A stretch of DNA of 61,292 nucleotides, filler included, from Sphacelaria rigidula (lineage: Eukaryota): assembly GCA_964200075.2 (NCBI GenBank). It is 9 parts of 9 records of this genome, joined end to end, with 100 filler letters (N's around TTAATTAATTAA, not from the genome) between each part and the next. Parts side by side here need not be neighbours in the genome. Positions count along the whole stretch, not along the records: positions 20,467 to 27,187 come from CAXNAA020018420.1; positions 27,288 to 34,008 come from CAXNAA020018421.1; positions 34,109 to 40,829 come from CAXNAA020018422.1; 6 more parts are not named here. One strand, written 5' to 3'. A program made the position numbers and the translations under genes. Below, piece by piece: positions 24,010 through 35,139 of the stretch (position 1 is its first letter; each line of letters starts with the position of its first letter). The notes beneath the pieces were generated by a model, which had not been told where the DNA came from, did not search any database, and was given only the letters and a program-made list of their open reading frames with translations.

Positions 24010-25640
24010 TGCAGCCGGGACAGGGCGTCCGGCAACTGGTGTTCGCGTCCAGCTCTCCACTTGAGGACCATATCATACTCCATCAACCTCAGCGCCCACC
24101 GGTGGAACTTGGGCGACAAGTTTTGACTACGAAACAGCCATGTCAACGCACTGCTATCCGTAACAAGCGTAAACTCTCGCCCCCATAGATACGATCTGAA
24201 TCGCTCCACGGACCACAGAACAACGACTACTTCTCTCTCTGATGCCGATCTTTTTTCATCTGCCCGAGACCATCTATGACTAGCGTATTCGATGATCCAT
24301 TCCCTCTCATCCGCCTCCTGGGCCAGGGCGACCCCTGCTGCGAACTCTGAAGCGTCTGAGTGTAGCACGAATCGTTCATTCCAGTCCGGGTACGCCAAGA
24401 TCGGATACGACATCAGAGCGCTCTTCAAGTCTAGGAATGCTTGTTGCTGCTGGTCCCCCCACGGAATCTCCATCCTCCGCGCTCGCTTGGAGGCGAATCG
24501 CGGGTCTCTCAGTAAGTCTGTGAGCGGTGCCGCCGGGTTACTATCCCCCTTTATGTACCTCCGCAGATATCCAGTCTTACCCAGACACAACCTCAGCTCC
24601 TCTACCCTCTGCGGCTCCCCTAACTGAGCGATAGCTTCGATCTTGGACTGGGAAGGTCGTATTCCCGACGCGTCGATCGTCATCCCTACGAAGTCCTGTT
24701 GCTGGGTGCACCATTGTGATTTCTGGAAATTCACAGTGAGGCCGGCCTTCAGCAAGCTATAGAGCACAACTCTCAACCCCGTCATGTGGCCGGCGAAAGT
24801 CGCACTAGGCCACAAGATATTACCCAACCACTTTTTGACACCCCGCGCCGGCAACAACGCTTCGGATACTGGTCGGTGAAACGTCGCTGGTCTTACTGTG
24901 AGTCCGAATCGACAACGTTGATATTGCCATACGTGCCCCCTCGCATCGCGAAAGGCGGTAAAGGGTCGGTCCTCCTCCGCCACTTCCAACTGGAAAAACC
25001 CACTCGCTGAATCCACACTCGTAAAGTACTTGGATCCCGTTAGGCCACTATACGTGGTCTGCATATCCCCCAAACCACCGCTATACGACTCGAGGAGTTC
25101 GTTTAGTCCACGAAAATCCTGACACAACCGTAAACTACCGTCCTTCTTCCGCACCGTGACGCAAGCAGCTGCCCATGCGGACCTCGACGGCTCAATGGTC
25201 CCCCGCTCCGCGAGTTTCTGGACCTCATCTTGTATAGCTGTTCCTTGTTCTGGCGAGTACCGCCTAGTACCGGCAGCGAATGGCCGGCACCGGTGATCTT
25301 TCAGTCGTGGACGCAACGGTTCCCCACGCGCAGCTTTCACCCGCTTGGGGTCCACCGCGAAAAGACCTGCTTCGTTGATGTCTCTTGACACGGATAACAG
25401 CTGGATCTTTTGCGCCGGACCCAACTGGCCCACGTTCGCTTCCGTGAGATCTACTCCTGTGGCCTCAGTTGTGTCCTTTTCCTCCACTTCCGCCGGTTCC
25501 TGCGACGGTTGGGGAGGGCTCGGCGCAGTCCCTCGATACTCCAGCCTCGACTTAAGCGTGGTGCCCGAGTCGGACACGTTCAGATTTTGCAACCGCTCGC
25601 GATCTCGAACATTCACGGCTACAACCTTCGTCACTACCAT
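24010..25640 (-). pseudogene. Gypsy reverse transcriptase and RNase H
   Basis: SAWAAACVTVRKKDGSLRLCQDFRGLN, YFTSVDSASGFFQ, RCRFGL, and YxDD box degenerate to WLGN. RNase H motifs LHSDASEFAAG, ERE, VTDSSAL, DALSR. Confidence 0.95.
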
Positions 25641-26099
25641 AACTTTTTGTTCACCAGGCGAGCACTCTTGGCCGTGTTGACCACCTTACATACTAACGGC
25701 AACTGTGGATCCCACCACTGCACTCCCCTGGCTACCCCTATCTCGGCTTCCTCCTCTAAATCGAACACTTTCCGAAGTTCGATCAATACGAGTTGACGTT
25801 CCTGCGGTTGAGGACCTAGCACGTAGCCTGAAACTAGCTCGCTAACGAAGCCTTCTAACCGTGGGTCCTCCGTCAGCCGTAGAAGCCACTGAAGTGTAGC
25901 TTCGTCCTCCCACGCCGCTCCAAGGCTTTTCCACACCTCATCCCATGCTGCCAGATCGCTCTCTCCCGACAGCACCCCAGTCGGGTCGTCACTGAGTGCG
26001 CTTGGCTTGACAGCACAGAAGAAATATCACCTTGCCGAATCTCCTTGGCCGGTGAGGTGATCGGTGTCAACAGCTCCGAGTCTTCGTGAACCATTAGAC

Positions 26100-26540
26100 A
26101 CGAATCTTACCCACGGGGCCTCCGGCGAAGGTCGAAATCCTGATCGACCTTCAAAAGACAGTGTGCTCTTGTTCCTTCTAAAGAAACTTGCCCCCAAGAC
26201 AAATCCGTACGGCAATCCATCGACCACCCTAACCCATACTTTACTTACCCTGTCCTTTGGGTGGAACCGAATCGGAATTATCGCTGACCCCAGAATCTTC
26301 ATCGGTGGCGTCCGGCTGTCACTAGGGTTTGCTGCCCTCAGAAATCCTGCTCCCTGTCGCTGTAGCTTGCCTGTTATGTTACCCCAAGTTACCAACGACT
26401 TCCACCACTGCTTTGATGCATAGCTACCCCCCCCCCCCCCCGGCCCCGGTGTCCAGTAACACCATTACTGGTAAACCGAGGCTACTTTTACTGTGATGCC
26501 AAACTCTAGCTTGCACCCACAGTTGCTGTGCATCATTACC
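26100..26540 (-). pseudogene. Retroviral-type aspartic protease
   Basis: VMVLLDTGAGG active-site motif (about 26443-26468), a G-run frameshift, then ...YGFVLGASFF. Confidence 0.85.
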
Positions 26541-26606
26541 TTTCACTGCTGCTAACCTACCCGCCTCTACGCTGTCCCCCGGGGACTGCGGCCCCAGGGC
26601 GCACCT

Positions 26607-27050
26607 TCATTCCTCGCCTGTGGCGTCGAAACGGTTGCTCAGCTCATCAACCGTCTCGACTCCCTCCTCCTCGTCGACGCTTTCCGGTTTGTCCAACCTG
26701 TGGTCGAACCCCCGATCTTCGTTCTGGCTGTCGATTAGTCCGAACAACTCCCCCAGTTGTAGGCTCATCAGCCTATCCCTCTTTGTCTGAGGCCTTACTT
26801 GGGTCTGCTCCGGCTGCTTGTAATAACCGAAGGGAATGCGGTATTTGTCATGGGAGTAGTTGCAGTCATCTGTGTCCTTGCTGCTGCAGTCTCGCCCGTA
26901 CGCGTGGTTGAAGCACACTCCCAGCAATCGTATGGCGACCTCACGCTCCTCCTTGGGTGCATTGCGGGCGGGAAGGAACCCGGTCGCCGGTGCTTCTCCT
27001 CGCGTGTTGAACTTGACATGCTTGGTTTGCTTGGTTGACTCTTGCTTGGT
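26607..27050 (-). pseudogene. gag C-terminal part with CCCH-type zinc finger
   Basis: CFNHAYGRDCSSKDTDDCNYSH (C-x8-C-x7-C-x3-H) immediately upstream of, and in frame with, the protease. Confidence 0.6.
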
Positions 27051-27902
27051 TGATGCACAGCAACTGTAGGTGCAAGCTAGAGTTTGGCACCACAGTAAAA
27101 GTAGCCTCGGTTTACCAGTAACGGTGTTACTGGACACCGGGGCGGGGGGGGGGTGTACTTATGATCATGCATGCCATAGTCATAAGANNNNNNNNNNNNN
27201 NNNNNNNNNNNNNNNNNNNNNNNNNNNNNNNTTAATTAATTAANNNNNNNNNNNNNNNNNNNNNNNNNNNNNNNNNNNNNNNNNNNNGGGCAATCAGGCA
27301 GAAGAAATCGTGAATTTGGTGATTTTGAGTCGTGATGATTTGTCCTAACCGTGGAGTGTTTGCACCAATCGTGTACAGTCGTGATATCCTCATTCAACAG
27401 ATGTGCACTGCGCTTTACCGAAACCCTCGTTGCGTCTCCCAACACTCCCTCAGCTCAACCTCTGACGCTTTCCTGGCATGACACTCTGACCCTGGCTACA
27501 ACAAGCATGCACACCATGTACACGCGATACAAACCGAAAATTATGACGTAGAAGTGGCTAAAGCAAACATCAGGTGACCCAACATATGAACTTACTCGTG
27601 GTTGAGTTGGAAACTAGAACAAAACATTACTGTTGGTTTTCACAGTACCCAATATTACACAAGAGGTGGGGGTATTCAAGTATCGGAGCACATGTTCGCA
27701 CGCACATGTACACGGTACCCAATATGACCAAAGAGATGGAGATATTCAAGCATGGGAGCACATGTGCCCGTGTAATAAGATTCGGCAAATATGTATATTT
27801 GTTTGCGCGTGTGCACATACCAAGTTCGGTATCAAAATTGTTATAACTTGCTTCCGACGGTCGTGTGTACTGCTGTTGAGAAAAAAAGACATCCCCTTTT
27901 CT

Positions 27903-29112
27903 ATGAGCTGGGCCAGCCGAGAAGCGATTCTGTAGTTTGCAGGCCCATTATACGACCAATACTTGGAATTGGACCCTGAAATTTGGTATGGACAATGAAA
28001 AGGGCATGATAAAAAAATTCCTAGTGCACACAAGATTTTTTTTTCTTCATGAGTTGGGGGCATTTTACCGATATCTGAAAACTGATTATTGCCCCTCCCT
28101 CATGAAAAAAAAAACCTCGTGTGCACTAGTAATTTTTTTATTATGCCCTACTCATTGTCCATTCAAAATTTCAGGGTTCAAATCCAAGTATTGGCGGTAT
28201 AATGGGCCGTTCAGTGACAAGGTCAGAAGAAATTCGGAACAGTATTTTGCAGACCATTTACCGGCCCATGTTTGGTGTTTGTGTATTGAAACTTTGTGTG
28301 GGGCGTGGCTAGGCCATACCCAACAAAATAAAGTGGGCGAGGTCATTTTTTTTCATTTTCTTCACTGGTTTAGGGCGTTGAGGTCTGGTAAAGACCATTT
28401 TTTCACTAGAACGCCTGAACCTGTCGAAAAAATAAATTAAGGCCCATTCATTTTTTATTTTTTGCATACCTTTGTGGTCCTCCATGCTGACTTTCAAATT
28501 ACAAGTCCAAAAATTGAGCTGAAAAATTGAGTTAAGTCCCAAAAGCAGTGTTCATTTTTCCTTGAAACTGCCCCAAAAACCCGAAGAAGTGGAAAGAAAA
28601 AAAAACGAAAAAATTGAAAAAGCTGTGTTTATGAGGTTAACTATACACTAGCGGTTCTTCATACGAACGTTCATAGCATAACTCTCGAAAACTGAGACGC
28701 GATATCCAGATTTAGGTCATCTAGTGCCTCTGCTCGTAATATACTGATTCTATTATGGACAATTATGTGCGCCATACCTCGAGATAGATTTCGAGTTAGG
28801 TGAAGGTGAGGGTATCTATCGTCTCCCCATGCTCCAGGAAATGTCCACATCAAAATTCGTCGTCATCCGCTGAATGCATCGATCAGGGGTTTCACAGAGA
28901 TTTTAATATGGACGCTATCTCCCTCAGGTATAGAAAATACTAAACATGGGGTTCAATCAACGAAAATATGTGGGCCCAAACTGTTGAGCAGATGGGCACC
29001 TATCCCTTGGTTAGACGATTAATACAATCTGCGTATCATGGTCCAACTCGTCCGTGTCGACGAGATATTGTTTTGAGAGCTTAAATACGTGTCTAGGCTG
29101 GCCCAGCTCGTA
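27903..29112. mobile_element. Non-autonomous TA-flanked (Tc1/mariner-like) element of about 1.2 kb with internal foldback
   Basis: TA-TGAGCTGGGCCAGCCGAGA at left and TCTAGGCTGGCCCAGCTCG-TA at right. The same terminus occurs at about 20517-20537, 40250-40264, 55009-55028 and 55612-55630. Confidence 0.72.
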
Positions 29113-29677
29113 TTTACATTTTGTAGCAGTGGAACATAACAGAATCAAACCAGGCCAGTAGTTCGGAACGTGATCAGGCATCTTCGAGTTCAGGACGATT
29201 TCCCCTTACTTGCCTATGGTGTATATGATCTCCCCCAACGTTGTCAGTTATTCTGCCAGTGGAGAGCAGCTCCCCAAAACGTTGGCAGGTGTTCTACAAG
29301 CTCTGAATTGTGTAATACTGCATGTATCATGTCCGGTGAAACACGACTTGGTATTATGCGTTCAAGCTTGTCTGCTTTCGTTCACCTGTGGTACCCTTTC
29401 AAAGCTACTTGTACTTCAGATCCATACTGCCGTATTGGTGAGGAAGTTCCATTCATTCAAAGAACGCTGGGCACTAGAGTTGTAGCCGTGGCGATCTGTT
29501 CATGTAAAGCGTTATTTCAGTAAGTGCAGGTGGCACCTCTTCTCCCCGTTGAAGTGCGACGATAGGCTCTTTTTTCAACTCGATTCTCCTGGAGCTGACA
29601 GAAAACCCTCCGTTGTTTTGCCAATTGTGCTCCCGCGAAATGTTATTTTTCTTCAGGAACACCACGCGGCAGAGCTG

Positions 29678-31492
29678 ATGGCCAGCGTGGCAGAAAGGGA
29701 GTGCATCAACGAGGGCTGCTCGAAGCGGCTATCGTTCGGTGTACCGGGCCACAAAGCGGAGTTTTGCTTGAAGCATGCCAGGGTGGGAATCGTGGATGTG
29801 GTGAGGAAGAAGTGTGGCGACGACGGCTGCTTGAAGAAACCGTCGTATGGTGTAGCAGGAAGCAACAAGGCGGAGTTCTGCTCTCAGCATGCTGAGGCGG
29901 GAATGGTGAATGTGGTGAAGAGGACGTGTGGCGACGAGGTCTGCTCTACCAGGCCGTCGTATGGCGTAGCGGGAAGCAAGAAGGCGGAGTTTTGCTCGAA
30001 GCATGCCGAGGCGGGGATGGTGGATGTGAAGAGGACGTGCGGCGACGAGGGCTGCTCTACAAGGCCGTCGTATGGCGTAGCGGGAAGCAAGAAGGCGGAG
30101 TTCTGCTCTCAGCATACCAGGGCGGGAATGGTGGATGTGGTGAAGAGGAGGTGCGGCGACAAGGGCTGCTCTACAAGGCCGTCGTATGGTGTAGTGGGAA
30201 GCACGAAGGCGGAGCTCTGCTCGAAGCATGCCAGGGCGGGAATGGTGGATGTGGTGACGAAGAAATGCGGCGACGACGGCTGCTCGAAGCAGCCGTCGTA
30301 TGGTGTAGCGGGAAGCAAGAAGGCAGAGTTTTGCTCTCAGCATGCCACGGCGGGAATGGTGGATGTGGTGACGAAGAAATGCGGCGACGACGGCTGCTCG
30401 AAGCAGCCGTCGTATGGTATAGCGGGAAGCAAGAGGGCGAAGTTCTGCAGAACGCACGCCAAGACGGGAATGGTGAACGTGGCGCACAGGACGTGCGGCG
30501 ACGAGGGCTGCTCTACGAGACCGTCGTATGGCGTAGCGGGAAGCAAAAAGGCGGAGTTCTGCTTTCAGCATGTCCGGGCGGGAATGGTGGATGTGGGGAA
30601 GAGGACGTGCGGCGATGAAGGCTGTTCTACAAGGCCGTCGTATGGTGTAGCAGGAAGCAAGAGGGCGGAGTCTTGCTCTCAGCATGCCAGGGCGGGAATG
30701 GTGGATGTGGTGACGAAGAAATGTGGCCACCAGGCCTGCCCCATGCGCCCATCTTGTGGTGTGGCGGGAAGCAAGAAGGCGGAATATTGCAAGAAGGCAG
30801 AATTCTGCTCCCACTATGCCAAGGCGGGGATTGTTCGTGTGGTCAGCTACAGGTCTAGCAAAGAGGGACGCTTGAATCCGGATAATTTCAATAACGACAA
30901 CCTTGATGTCGCAATGTTGTGCCGACAGCATCCCACTGCATATGAAGCAGCTACAGTATACGACATGGAGAACCTCAGCACTGGGGAGGCAACCTCCACC
31001 CGCAGCACAACCGATGGTAGTGAAGGAAGCGTCGCTGGCGTGCGAGGAACAAAACGCAAGCGCGGACCATGCTTGAGTTCTGGTACAGTCGACGTTGTTG
31101 ATGCTCAACGTAGTGTGTCCCCTGTTGCCAGGCGTAGTGGTGTAACACCACTTTTACGCTCGGGCCAGGTACTGTCAGGGGCTGGTCGTGAGGTGTCTTC
31201 CGTGCCAAGGGTAGGAGGAGGAATCAAGGTAGAGGTGTCAGCTCCTTCTCCTACGCACGGTGGTGCTGTGATGGAAGAGTGTAGCAAGCACACTTTCCCT
31301 TTGAGGGGTTGGAGCAGTGCAGGTGGTCAAAGTGGCTCCGGCAGTAATATTTGTGGTGTGAGTGCGGGACGGCTATATTGTTCGCCGGCAGTTGTATGTG
31401 GGTCTCTTGTCCGGTTCGTTGGTGTGGAATCAGTAAAGACGTTGGAGGGTTCAAGCGTGAAGTTGGAGCTAGGAGTTGCGTCCGACAGATGA
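29678..31492 (+). CDS. EsV-1-7 cysteine-rich repeat protein (10 repeats plus 1 degenerate)
   Basis: Uninterrupted ORF with ~38-aa units C-x4-C-x3-PSYGVAGSKKAEFC-x2-H-x3-GMVDV, the EsV-1-7 signature. ATG at 29678. A possible splice acceptor TTTTCTTCAG ends at 29656, so an upstream exon may exist. Confidence 0.92.
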   Translation: MASVAERECINEGCSKRLSFGVPGHKAEFCLKHARVGIVDVVRKKCGDDGCLKKPSYGVAGSNKAEFCSQHAEAGMVNVVKRTCGDEVCSTRPSYGVAGSKKAEFCSKHAEAGMVDVKRTCGDEGCSTRPSYGVAGSKKAEFCSQHTRAGMVDVVKRRCGDKGCSTRPSYGVVGSTKAELCSKHARAGMVDVVTKKCGDDGCSKQPSYGVAGSKKAEFCSQHATAGMVDVVTKKCGDDGCSKQPSYGIAGSKRAKFCRTHAKTGMVNVAHRTCGDEGCSTRPSYGVAGSKKAEFCFQHVRAGMVDVGKRTCGDEGCSTRPSYGVAGSKRAESCSQHARAGMVDVVTKKCGHQACPMRPSCGVAGSKKAEYCKKAEFCSHYAKAGIVRVVSYRSSKEGRLNPDNFNNDNLDVAMLCRQHPTAYEAATVYDMENLSTGEATSTRSTTDGSEGSVAGVRGTKRKRGPCLSSGTVDVVDAQRSVSPVARRSGVTPLLRSGQVLSGAGREVSSVPRVGGGIKVEVSAPSPTHGGAVMEECSKHTFPLRGWSSAGGQSGSGSNICGVSAGRLYCSPAVVCGSLVRFVGVESVKTLEGSSVKLELGVASDR

Positions 31493-32939
31493 TGGATGAT
31501 GCTGTTCCTTGTAATGATCCTGTTTAGATTAAGCCGAGAGTATGCTGGACGCCAGCTTGCACGACCCGCCCCCTCAAACGGAAAGTGGCTGGTACGGATT
31601 GGTTTGCTCTCTCGATGCGAAGGAGATCGTAAGGTTGGGGGGTCCTGATATCCCAATGCTATGTTCCACCAGTGTGTCGTGGACGCTTGGTTTGTACAGT
31701 TGTGATCGCCATGTGTCTTGATGTCATGTTCCAAGAGCTGCCTTAGGGTAGATGCACTGTGGAAGTCGGCCACCGAATGAAACGTTACACTGCTGTCGAC
31801 GTATAACTCTGCATCAATTATGTCCAGCTTTCTTTGGATAATGTTGTGCGATCTCCGAGGTGAATGTCTCTGGCACCACGATGGAGGCTCGGAGACGAAA
31901 AGAAGCCTTCGACTTGTCGCCCTCGTTCATCTCACACCTGCATGTGTATCCCAAGCCAGAGCGCACGTAGTGTCTCACATTTATGTACAGACACTACGAG
32001 TATAGCCATGAGCAAAGCTACAGTAGGAGTGCACGTTTTGCGCAAAATCTTGTCTGGTTGAGGCGCTAAATGCGGAAATGTATATCGACCAATCAGCGCC
32101 CTTCAAATTGTTCTGAGATAGAATTTCCTTCAAGGCCCTTAGGGCTGGAAAACGTTCTACTGAATCGAAATTCAAAAAGTGTCCGTCATGTCATATCCTA
32201 TCCTATCCGTCCGGTCCTCGTCACGAAGCTCCGAACACGCATGTTTTTTTTCTGAAATGATTCGAAGCAGCGCTGCGAAAATCAACCATCCCATCGTTCT
32301 TCAAACATGAATCGTGACGCCCTCAACAAGTTTCAGCTTCATTAGTGCTCATGGCGTTGTGTTTCGCTTCCGTCTCTGGGCGCACTCGAGAACACTTGCA
32401 ATTCTACCCCTTTTGACCAGACCGAGTCTTGATCGAACTTCTCAGACTTGACTGTCGCAACTTCAATCGAGGCACGTTTGGAGGTTGGGGGCATCACACG
32501 CAGCAACCGGCTCTCCGAATCACTTCCAACACCCTCAAGAAGGTTCAGATTTATTGCTGTTTTCTTTGTTGTCTTACCTTGTGCATGCTGACACCGTCCG
32601 TGACTGAGGTGGAGGGGGTCTTAAAATACGTAATGGACGTTCACCGCCTTACACCGACCCGATTATTCTGGGGGCATCTCAACAACGAGCTATCGGCCAT
32701 CGAGCAAAGGACTGATCTGAAGTAATCTCGGTTTCTATGTGGACGAACGGCGAGCGTACGGGTTCCCGTCATCAGAGGGTACGAGGGCGGTAGTGACGAG
32801 TGAACTTAAATTGGGTTGTCACGTGAAGTGTTGCCCGGAGAGTGGATAGGTCAGATAACAAGGAGAGACCAACAAGAAGACCGGACCAAGGAGGAGCGAC
32901 AAGAAGGTGAGCCTGACTGTAGTCAAATTCGCAAGCAGG

Positions 32940-33720
32940 CCGCATCTACTGTTGTTGTCATCGCTGTCTGGGTTGGTCTTCCTCCTGTCTTTGCTGTCTG
33001 TCTCGCCTCTTCTCAGACAACTCTGGCCTCCGCTCAGACGTGTTGCGCTCTTCTCTCATATGATAAGTCTGGGTTTCGTTTTATCTCTTGTTTATTCTAG
33101 CTCCGGTGTTTTGAGAATGTTAGGGTTGATCACGTGCTGAATTGGCATCAAACTCACCTGAAAAAGTCTGCGTGATTCAGGTGGACTTCCCGCATCGCGG
33201 TGTAAAGGTTAACACTTTCTGACACCTCATGCGCTGCCAGCATAGCTTCACACCGTCTGCAGCGTTTTTGTTTAGTACTAGGCAAAGGCATGATCAGCAT
33301 GCAGTGAATTGTGTTTCAGTGGAGAGCGATGGCACGTTTATACTGTCTCTTGCCGTTGTTCCCAGTGAAGAAATACAGCACACATACAGTCCGACTCAGC
33401 ACGCCATTGACTGCAGGGTCAAAGCTGTAGTCGATTCTGCAAGGAGTTCGCATCTACTGTTTGTCATTGCGGTGTGTGTTGATATCTCTTCTGTCTTTCC
33501 TGTCTTGCCTCTTCCCAGTCTACTCTTGCCTCTTCTCAGACGTGTTTCGTCCTTCTCTTATCTTTTAGGTCCGGACACTGATGACCTAGATGATATGGGT
33601 CTACCGTGTTGTCTGATGTCGTTCTATCTCTCGTTTGTTCTTTTTTCGGTGTTTAGAGGAGGTTAGGATAGGTCACGGGCTGAATCGGCATCAAATTCAC
33701 CCTCATCGTGGTGTAAGGCC
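32940..33720. repeat. Diverged direct repeat (~270 bp; 32940-33210 and 33450-33720)
   Basis: Shared GCATCTACTGTT-GTCAT...CTCAGACGTGTT...GCTGAAT-GGCATCAAA-TCACC. Confidence 0.7.
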
Positions 33721-35139
33721 TAACTCTTAGATAGCGACACCCCCGCAGGCGGTTTGTAATTGAATATACTCACACTCAATGATGGATGCATGTAATCAGG
33801 CCTGGATGCATGGGAAATGGATATTGTGGTTGGTTTATGACGTATGGGTGAAGGGGAAATAAGAGATACAGTTCTGTTATCAAGGGCATATACCCGATTT
33901 GTTGGTTGCAGCAGGGATCCGCTGAGAGGCACACGCCCAATCGCGTGGCCAAGGAATTAGGTTCTGACGTGTTGTTTTCCTACATGAGTGGCTCTTAATG
34001 ATTGACCANNNNNNNNNNNNNNNNNNNNNNNNNNNNNNNNNNNNNNNNNNNNTTAATTAATTAANNNNNNNNNNNNNNNNNNNNNNNNNNNNNNNNNNNN
34101 NNNNNNNNATAAAAAAAAGACTCACTTAAAGCGAATGAACAAAGCCACTCTCAATCGTAACATCTACTCTCAATCTCACGAAAACACTGTTATATGTAGA
34201 ACAGACAGAGTGGATGAAGAGAGAAAAAAAAGGAAAGAAAGAATGGAACAAAACAAGAATTCTGTAAATGACCGCCCTCCGAAAAATGGCTTCGGCGGAA
34301 GAGGTCTTGCGCAAAAAGCACACTCATATACCCGATTGTACAAAACAAAACGGCCTGCGGTTCATTTATGTCGACCTGGATATAAGAAGTACCTGAATAT
34401 TAGGCTTAGAGCTCTTGTAAACAAAACTTCGTGTCTAAAGATCCGAATTATTCTCCTGATATATTTTCGCGGTATACGATGATATCTTTGATTAGTACTG
34501 TTCGAGTGACGGAAGCATTTCCTATCCAACAAGCACACTATACACAGGATGACGCTGCACTACCGCACTCTACCATGATGTATGCCTGAGCGGTGTACAC
34601 AGTACGATGCTCTTGGAGTGTACGCCCTACGAATGTGCACTGCGAGGCGTGCTGCCATCGCGCGGAGGTCAAGATATATGCCCTACCGGCGCATGTTGAT
34701 CCCGATTTGTGGTCACCAGGGAACAACTTGTTCGCGGATTTGGGTAATTGGAGTTCGGGGTTGGGTTGGGTCACTGGCGAGGAATTTGATTTCTACCTCA
34801 CGGGGATAGCAAACTGGCCCGAGCCTGTGGAGCGCTTCGCACACATCGATGTTCATACCACGAGTGGACGTCTTTGACAGATGTTCCAGAGAAGCAGCCC
34901 ATTCGAATATAGGCATAACAGATCCGTGAAGGGTCATCCATGTCCCAGACGGACATTTTAGGCCGACGTTCGTACGGTGGTGCAGATGGAGATTCACATG
35001 CCATAGGCAGGTTCATATCCAGATGGAGATCGATAACCCAGATGGAGGTCAAGATCCCAGGTGGATCGCCCAGATGGACCTGGGATTGTAGATGAATATA
35101 CCGGATTGATTCATCAATTGATCAATATATATATATATA

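Larger units (their letters stand above)
20560..27050 (-). mobile_element. Decayed Ty3/Gypsy LTR retrotransposon carrying C5-DNA-methyltransferase-like, chromo-like and Tudor-like domains
   Basis: Domain order gag, PR, RT, RNase H, (DNMT-like), INT is the Gypsy order. Several frameshifts and stops. Possible polypurine tract GGGAAGAGAGA followed by TG near 20593-20606. 5' end not present. Confidence 0.93.

Noticed and set aside
29729..31108. Long antisense and alternate-frame ORFs over the EsV-1-7 repeats
   Set aside because: Shadow ORFs caused by GC-rich repeated codons.
33575..33610. CTGATGA hammerhead-like core
   Set aside because: No GAAA partner or complete stems could be identified.
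27288..34008. Endogenous phaeovirus suggested by the EsV-1-7 gene
   Set aside because: No other viral genes or gene-dense region. EsV-1-7 is also an expanded host family.
34660..34877. Short protein-like stretch (GWVTGEEFDFYL) faintly resembling a Ulp1-type peptidase
   Set aside because: Too short, and no catalytic motifs were found nearby.
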